DNA of 32,000 nucleotides from Candidatus Saccharimonadota bacterium (GTDB lineage Bacteria; Patescibacteriota; Saccharimonadia; Saccharimonadales; Saccharimonadaceae): NCBI GenBank assembly GCA_002421785.1, contig DIRZ01000001.1, positions 30,001 to 62,000 of the forward strand, read 5' to 3'. Shown piece by piece: positions 27,191 to 32,000 of this stretch (position 1 is its first letter; each line of letters starts with the position of its first letter). The notes under the pieces were generated by a model. It saw only the letters and a program-made list of their open reading frames with translations, ran no database searches and was not told where the DNA came from. The position numbers and the translations under genes were made by a program.

Positions 27191-27244
27191 ATTATAGCAT
27201 CCCGGCGCATCACCTGCGCGCACCGCACTGCCGTTTGCTATACT
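27191..27244. promoter_or_regulatory. Divergent extended -10 elements (TGcTATAAT minus, 9 nt to ATG 27181; TGcTATACT plus, 7 nt to ATG 27252)
   Basis: Read directly on both strands. Confidence 0.45.
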
Positions 27245-27251
27245 GAACGTT

Positions 27252-28340
27252 ATGAAGGTTTACTACGATGCGCGGTGGATATTGGTTGAAAACAGGTTCG
27301 ACGGCATCAGCCGTTACAGCCACGAACTTGCCTGGGCATTAGCCGAGCAGTCCGATATCGAACCAGTGTGGATCGTGTACGACCAGCGCCAACTCGCCAA
27401 ACTTCCAGCAGGAGAGCATGTGCTAGTAACGAGCCCGTACAACCAGCTCGCCGAACTATTCGTACCCCTCCGGCTTAACCGTCATGGTGCCAAACTCGTC
27501 TATTCACCGTTCTTCCTGATGGGCACGCTCGGCAAACGCTACAAACTCGTGTTAACGATTCACGACCTCATCTACTTCACTCACCGCACGCCACCACAGT
27601 GGTACAAATGGTATGAACGTCTGGCCTTTTGGCTATTCCACACGACATACTGGCCGCTAAGGTGGCAACTCAATAGCGCCGACGTGGTCGCAACCGTCAG
27701 CAACACTGCTCGCAATGAGCTCATCAAGGCCCACGCCACCAAGCGCGATATCGTCGTCGTGCCAAATGCAGTCAACTCCGAACTGTTTAGCGACACCACC
27801 CCCCGCCAGCACGCCACAATGGACGGCGTCGTATTCATGGGTGCATTCACCCCGTACAAAAATGTCGAATGCTTGATTGACGCTGCGGCGATCGTGCCCG
27901 ACGTTACACTGCACCTTTGCGGCAAACTACCACCTGCCAGGCGCCCTGAAATCGAAGCCCGCATCGCCAAGCGGGGAATTGCCAGTCGTGTCGTGCTATA
28001 CGACGGGGCCACCGACGACCAGTACCGCGCAGCGTTGGCACAGGCACGCTGTGCGATGAGCGCCAGCAAGCTCGAAGGCTTCGGACTGCCACTTATCGAG
28101 GCGCAGCAGGCGGGAGTACCATTTGGCGCCGCGGATACCGCCATCTTCCGTGAAGTGGGGGGTGATAGCGTACTCTTTTTCGACCCCGACAGTCCTGAAC
28201 AAGCCGCCGACATCATGTGCAAATTTGCCGACCCCATAGTCAGCCACGACTACATAGACCGCGGCTTTAAAAACGCCGCCCGCTACACCTGGGCCAACAG
28301 CGCCAGCGTGGCTGTAAGCATTTGCCAGCGACTTAGCTAA
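27252..28340 (+). CDS. GT4-family (GT-B fold) glycosyltransferase
   Basis: 'GISRYSHELAWAL' and 'SKLEGFGLPLIEAQQAGVPF' (EX7E-type motif). Confidence 0.9.
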   Translation: MKVYYDARWILVENRFDGISRYSHELAWALAEQSDIEPVWIVYDQRQLAKLPAGEHVLVTSPYNQLAELFVPLRLNRHGAKLVYSPFFLMGTLGKRYKLVLTIHDLIYFTHRTPPQWYKWYERLAFWLFHTTYWPLRWQLNSADVVATVSNTARNELIKAHATKRDIVVVPNAVNSELFSDTTPRQHATMDGVVFMGAFTPYKNVECLIDAAAIVPDVTLHLCGKLPPARRPEIEARIAKRGIASRVVLYDGATDDQYRAALAQARCAMSASKLEGFGLPLIEAQQAGVPFGAADTAIFREVGGDSVLFFDPDSPEQAADIMCKFADPIVSHDYIDRGFKNAARYTWANSASVAVSICQRLS

Positions 28341-28393
28341 CGGGTAAGTAAATCATTTCTGGTTAGCGAGCATTGTATTTTTATTTGTAATAT

Positions 28394-28401
28394 TGTATAA
28401 T
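28394..28401 (+). promoter_or_regulatory. -10 element TGTATAAT for the 28457 cassette, flanked by GTAAT/ATTAC inverted repeat
   Basis: ttGTAATatTGTATAATagtcATTACaa read directly. Confidence 0.45.
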
Positions 28402-28456
28402 AGTCATTACAAAGCACAACATCCCGTTGCGCTCGTACCACCAAGGAGGTTCCCTA

Positions 28457-28957
28457 GTGAATCGTTTCGACAAGCCACTCAGCGCAGCGAGCGCCATCCT
28501 GATCATCATCGCGGCCGTCGGCATGCCGGTGAACCTGGTGGCGAGCATCGCAACCGGTGCCCACAGCAACCCGGTCAGCTTCTGGTTCGCCCTACTGGGC
28601 GTCGTCGGGGCCATTATGCTGTTCGTCAGTGACGGGGTGTACCGCAAGTGGCACACGCACACCAGCATCGTCACCGGCATCTGGACAGAGCGCCGGCCCA
28701 AGGAGCACAAGCTCGGTCGGTCCTTCCAGAGCCTGACCGGCGCGTACCCCGAGGTCGCTATCATGCGGCTAAAGTCGGGCGGCACCTACAACCTGGGGCC
28801 TCTCGACGAGTTCGAGCCGCAGGCAACCCAAGTGCGAGTCGGCGACACAGTCATCGTCGATCGCGCCTGGGGCGCGGCAAACGGACACTGGCACACCCGG
28901 CTCCTGGGTGTCGTCCACGCCGACAAGCGGCAGTCCGCCAAGAGGCCTGGCGCGTAG
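28457..28957 (+). CDS. Two-TM membrane protein with a C-terminal beta-rich domain (reminiscent of DUF3592-type proteins), GC3-saturated
   Basis: AAGGAGG, a 7-nt spacer, then GTG 28457. TM helices 'AILIIIAAVGMPVNLVASI' and 'FWFALLGVVGAIMLFV'. The C-terminal domain contains '..VRVGDTVIVDR..'. Confidence 0.7.
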   Translation: MNRFDKPLSAASAILIIIAAVGMPVNLVASIATGAHSNPVSFWFALLGVVGAIMLFVSDGVYRKWHTHTSIVTGIWTERRPKEHKLGRSFQSLTGAYPEVAIMRLKSGGTYNLGPLDEFEPQATQVRVGDTVIVDRAWGAANGHWHTRLLGVVHADKRQSAKRPGA

Positions 28958-28968
28958 ACTCCACACCC

Positions 28969-29017
28969 GCGGTATATCGGGGGATTAATTCCCCCCGATA
29001 TACCGCTTTTTTATTTT
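28969..29017 (+). terminator. Strong rho-independent terminator
   Basis: 15-bp perfect stem GCGGTATATCGGGGG/CCCCCGATATACCGC followed by TTTTTTATTTT. Confidence 0.85.
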
Positions 29018-29030
29018 CATATACCATCCA

Positions 29031-29081
29031 AATAAAAAGGCCCGGAGGCCCCAGTGCGTAAACGCACCAGGAGCTCCGGGC
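29031..29081 (-). terminator. Rho-independent terminator of the vWA/AAA+ operon
   Basis: Minus strand GCCCGGAG...CTCCGGGC with an inner GTGCG/CGCAC stem, followed by CTTTTTATTT. Confidence 0.7.
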
Positions 29082-29089
29082 TTGTCGTG

Positions 29090-30664
29090 TCAGTACCTCC
29101 AGTCCATGTAGGATTCCCCTGGGTAGAGGCCCTCGGTCGCACCCTTCACATTCGAACCATCGGCGTCTGCCGTCAATTCGTAGTGAGTGGTGCTCAGGCT
29201 CTTCAGCCCTTTATTACCGGGGTAGCCGACAATCACCGTGTGAAGTGTCACATCTTCGCCAATGGCGTCGTATACTTCTTCACGAGTGATCGTGTCATCA
29301 CCGTCGGTAATGAGCAGAATCTCGGCTGCCTGCCCCCGACGCGCGCGACTGCGCACATCTGAAGCCGCTTCCTTGATGGCGGTGTAAATGATTGTGCCAC
29401 CGCCCAGATCGTTGCTCTGGTTGAACAGCTCCTTGATGAGCGAGCGACGCTCTGCAGGAGTGGTAGCAGCAGTCAAGCGGCCCACCGCAACGGCAAACTG
29501 GCGGTACAAGTACTGCGAGTCGTCGTCCAGGTGAGCGCCCATCACTACCGAAGCAAGGGCAATCGCCAGGCAGATGGGCGTTCCGTCCATACTACGCGAC
29601 ACATCGACCACCAGCTCCAGCAGTTGAGCCTGCTGTTCGTCGGTGACCTCGATCTGCTCAGTCCATTCCTGGACCTTGGGCTCTTCGAATTCCCGCCACA
29701 CTTTCCGCTTCTGCAGCGTAGGCAGGCCGGGAACTTCCTCGGCGAATACCCGCCGGCGCAAACGCCCAGTCGCAAAGCGATGGCCAAGCACGTGGCGAGG
29801 CAACGCCATGTCGCGACGCGACATCTGACTCAGCTCACCGGTTCGGCGAACCGGAAGGGTATCGGGGTCATCAGTCGGGTAGGGCACAAAGATGCGACCG
29901 TTGGGCGCCTTCGGACCAGGCATCTCCACCTCCACCATTTTCTTGACCGTCTCGATCGTCACCTTACGGCGAACGATAGGAACGGTCTTAGTGGGAGTGT
30001 GCTTGCCCTTGCCACGAAGGTTCGTGATATTGAACACGGGGATGTCCAGTTTGTTGATCTGGTGAATCATCCGCGCCACCACGTCAGGGTCGACAGTCAA
30101 GTTACCTTGACCGCCCAGGCCGCGACCAGCACTCGTTAGCTTCAGGACCGCCCTCAGTTGGGCGTCGTTCAGCTTCGGCTTGCCGGTCTTTGGGGTCACA
30201 TCTTCATGCGTCTGCATGTCGATGATCTTACCCTGGCGATTAGTCGAATCTTCCCAGGTGGTTTCGGCGACCTTGCGGTCATCGAATGATCCCACCTGAG
30301 TGCCATCTTCCTGGAGCACGACGTACCGACCGTTGTTGTCCGGCTCGGGAGTAACATCCTGACCGGTTTCCCGGTCGATGATGCGTCCTTCCTGGCCCGT
30401 CTGCTCCTGCCACTGCTTGTGGGCACCAGCAAGCGTGTCGTTTTCGGCAACCTGCTTGCCCTTGCTGTTCTGCACTTCGTAGCGCGGCTGACTGGGCTGC
30501 GGCATGCTCTTGGGCGCGTTGGGAGTCGGCGGCGGAGTGGGACGCTCCTGAGTGGAACGCCACAGCAGCCGCCACCACTGCTTGATGCGGTCGAGAACGG
30601 AAAGCCTTGTCGGGTCGCTCGGACCCGACAAGGCACCGCCACGACCGACCGTGTCGTCGGTCAC
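29090..30664 (-). CDS. vWA (MIDAS) domain protein with a Pro-rich linker and tandem N-terminal repeats
   Basis: GTG start 7 nt after the AAA+ stop. MIDAS elements 'VVDVSRSMDG' (DxSxS), 'GGGT' and 'LLITDGDD'. Confidence 0.85.
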   Translation of the reverse strand: MTDDTVGRGGALSGPSDPTRLSVLDRIKQWWRLLWRSTQERPTPPPTPNAPKSMPQPSQPRYEVQNSKGKQVAENDTLAGAHKQWQEQTGQEGRIIDRETGQDVTPEPDNNGRYVVLQEDGTQVGSFDDRKVAETTWEDSTNRQGKIIDMQTHEDVTPKTGKPKLNDAQLRAVLKLTSAGRGLGGQGNLTVDPDVVARMIHQINKLDIPVFNITNLRGKGKHTPTKTVPIVRRKVTIETVKKMVEVEMPGPKAPNGRIFVPYPTDDPDTLPVRRTGELSQMSRRDMALPRHVLGHRFATGRLRRRVFAEEVPGLPTLQKRKVWREFEEPKVQEWTEQIEVTDEQQAQLLELVVDVSRSMDGTPICLAIALASVVMGAHLDDDSQYLYRQFAVAVGRLTAATTPAERRSLIKELFNQSNDLGGGTIIYTAIKEAASDVRSRARRGQAAEILLITDGDDTITREEVYDAIGEDVTLHTVIVGYPGNKGLKSLSTTHYELTADADGSNVKGATEGLYPGESYMDWRY

Positions 30665-30671
30665 GTATTAC

Positions 30672-31946
30672 TCACCACCCCTTCAGGAGATCGAAACCGA
30701 TGACCGGTGTCGAAAGCTTCTTGATGTCCAGTTCGATCTGGCTGACCGCCAGGTCCAGGGCCATGTGCCTAGCGCCACGGAGGGCAGCCTTGATCTGCTG
30801 GGCCGTCAGAGACGACGCAGCGACCATCGTGCCGCCCACCATCAGCTGGGCACTGGTCGTCTGGCTGCGCTCGGCAGTCAGTTGAGCGACCATGTCAGCC
30901 AGCTTGCCGAGCTCCTCCAGAAGGTGAAGCCGGCGACCGGTCATGCCATCCAGCAAATCACTGCAAACTTGCGCCCACAGCACTTCGTCGCCGGACTCGT
31001 CACCGATGGTGAGGAGTCCGTACATCAGCGCCTTCTGATCGACAACATGCACCTCGTTCCGCCCGTGAAGGACGGCCGAAGCGCGGCTGAAGTCGAACAG
31101 CTTGCCGAGAGTACGCGGCGTCACCTCGGGTACGCCGAGCTCCATGTCAAGGGGCTCTTCGGCGATATCCGCGTTCTTCGCGTGCCAGGCGGCACGAGCG
31201 GCGACCAAACGGCGACGCTGAAACTCGCTGACAAGCAGGACGTGCAGCAGGCGCATACCCGGGCTCACCACGATGCCGCCGTCAGCCTCGGACGCCATGA
31301 CGCGGTCCGAAAGCTGCCTGAGGCCGTCGTAGGGAAGTACGGGCAGAGACAAGCGCTTACCCGAATAGTCGAGGTAAGTACCACTGGCACGCAGGCTGTC
31401 ACCCAGGCCATCAATACCGCGCAGGTATGCCTTGCACATGAAGCGGTCAAGAACCGCCTGTAGAGCTGGCGTCATACGCATGTAGTTGCTGGTCGCGATG
31501 GCGGTGTGGAGCGGAGCCGGGACGATACCCATGCCCATGGTCTTGAACTCACGCTCATTGAGCACGTTGTTCACGCCACGCAGCACGTAGTCCGACCCGT
31601 CCATGAACTCGTCGAGAAAGGCGAAAACCGCCTCTACGATGCCACCCTCGAGGTTGTACACCTCGCGGCCGGACTTCATGAGCTCGTCGGCGATGATGTT
31701 GCCGAACATTTCCTCACGAGTTGTCTCCTTGGTGATCTGGAGCGAGAACGTGAGGGCACTCTCGTCGAACATCCCGAAGATGCTCGTGCTCATCAGGCTC
31801 TTGGCACGGCCGGGGCCGCTGAACCAGAACACGTGCTCACGAGCGAGCAGGGCGAACAGAACCTGAGTGAGGATCTGTTCGTTGCTGGGGAAGTTCTTCC
31901 CCAGCACGTAGAAGTTCTCACGCAGTTGCCCAGCGTATGTCATCAT
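30672..31946 (-). CDS. MoxR/RavA-like AAA+ ATPase
   Basis: 'LFALLAREHVFWFSGPGRAKSL' (MoxR-type Walker A with AK), Walker B 'FAFLDEF', sensor-1 'IATSNY', 'VLDRF'. AAGGAGAA SD before ATG 31946. Confidence 0.85.
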   Translation of the reverse strand: MMTYAGQLRENFYVLGKNFPSNEQILTQVLFALLAREHVFWFSGPGRAKSLMSTSIFGMFDESALTFSLQITKETTREEMFGNIIADELMKSGREVYNLEGGIVEAVFAFLDEFMDGSDYVLRGVNNVLNEREFKTMGMGIVPAPLHTAIATSNYMRMTPALQAVLDRFMCKAYLRGIDGLGDSLRASGTYLDYSGKRLSLPVLPYDGLRQLSDRVMASEADGGIVVSPGMRLLHVLLVSEFQRRRLVAARAAWHAKNADIAEEPLDMELGVPEVTPRTLGKLFDFSRASAVLHGRNEVHVVDQKALMYGLLTIGDESGDEVLWAQVCSDLLDGMTGRRLHLLEELGKLADMVAQLTAERSQTTSAQLMVGGTMVAASSLTAQQIKAALRGARHMALDLAVSQIELDIKKLSTPVIGFDLLKGW

Positions 31947-32000
31947 GCCGTTCTCCTTGGATTGGAATTGGTACCGAATTGGGACTGTACGAAGTGCGCC

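Noticed and set aside
27581-28237. 218-aa minus-strand ORF inside the second glycosyltransferase
   Set aside because: It is antisense to a gene with clear GT4 motifs. It is Ser/Ala/Arg-rich, typical of a shadow frame.
29531-31463. Plus-strand ORFs of 202 and 303 aa opposite the vWA and AAA+ genes
   Set aside because: Long antisense ORFs are expected in GC-rich DNA. They are Arg/His/Gln-rich with no motifs, whereas the minus-strand frames carry MIDAS and Walker motifs and a G/C-dominated third position.

Overview
Gene-dense 32-kb chromosomal segment. The backbone is about 50% GC by eye. TAA, TAG and TGA all terminate recognisable genes, so the standard code applies. The backbone is housekeeping: an NRAMP-like transporter, a TRAM/SAM RNA methyltransferase, a UvrD-type helicase-nuclease, Dus, a complete F1Fo ATP synthase operon on the minus strand (11.5-18.8 kb), a glutaredoxin-like protein, an ABC-F ATPase, SmpB, an alpha/beta hydrolase and two GT4 glycosyltransferases. 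Two type IV pilus-related surface loci are present. One is a prepilin gene followed in-frame, after a single TAA, by a tandem-domain extension (2870-4204). The other is a 735-aa protein combining a PilX-like N-terminus, RCC1 repeats and a ricin-type lectin (19016-21223). The gene style (tiny gaps, many first genes with a -10 box 6-9 nt from the ATG, pilus adhesins) fits a reduced-genome episymbiont such as Saccharibacteria/CPR; this is inference only. Superimposed on the backbone are several short, self-contained, GC3-rich expression cassettes, one of which splits atpD from atpC. The window ends in a GC-rich island carrying an intact MoxR-type AAA+/vWA pair that is cut by the window edge. No rRNA, tRNA, CRISPR array, transposase or integrase was recognised. 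All product calls rest on motif recognition by eye; no database search was possible.
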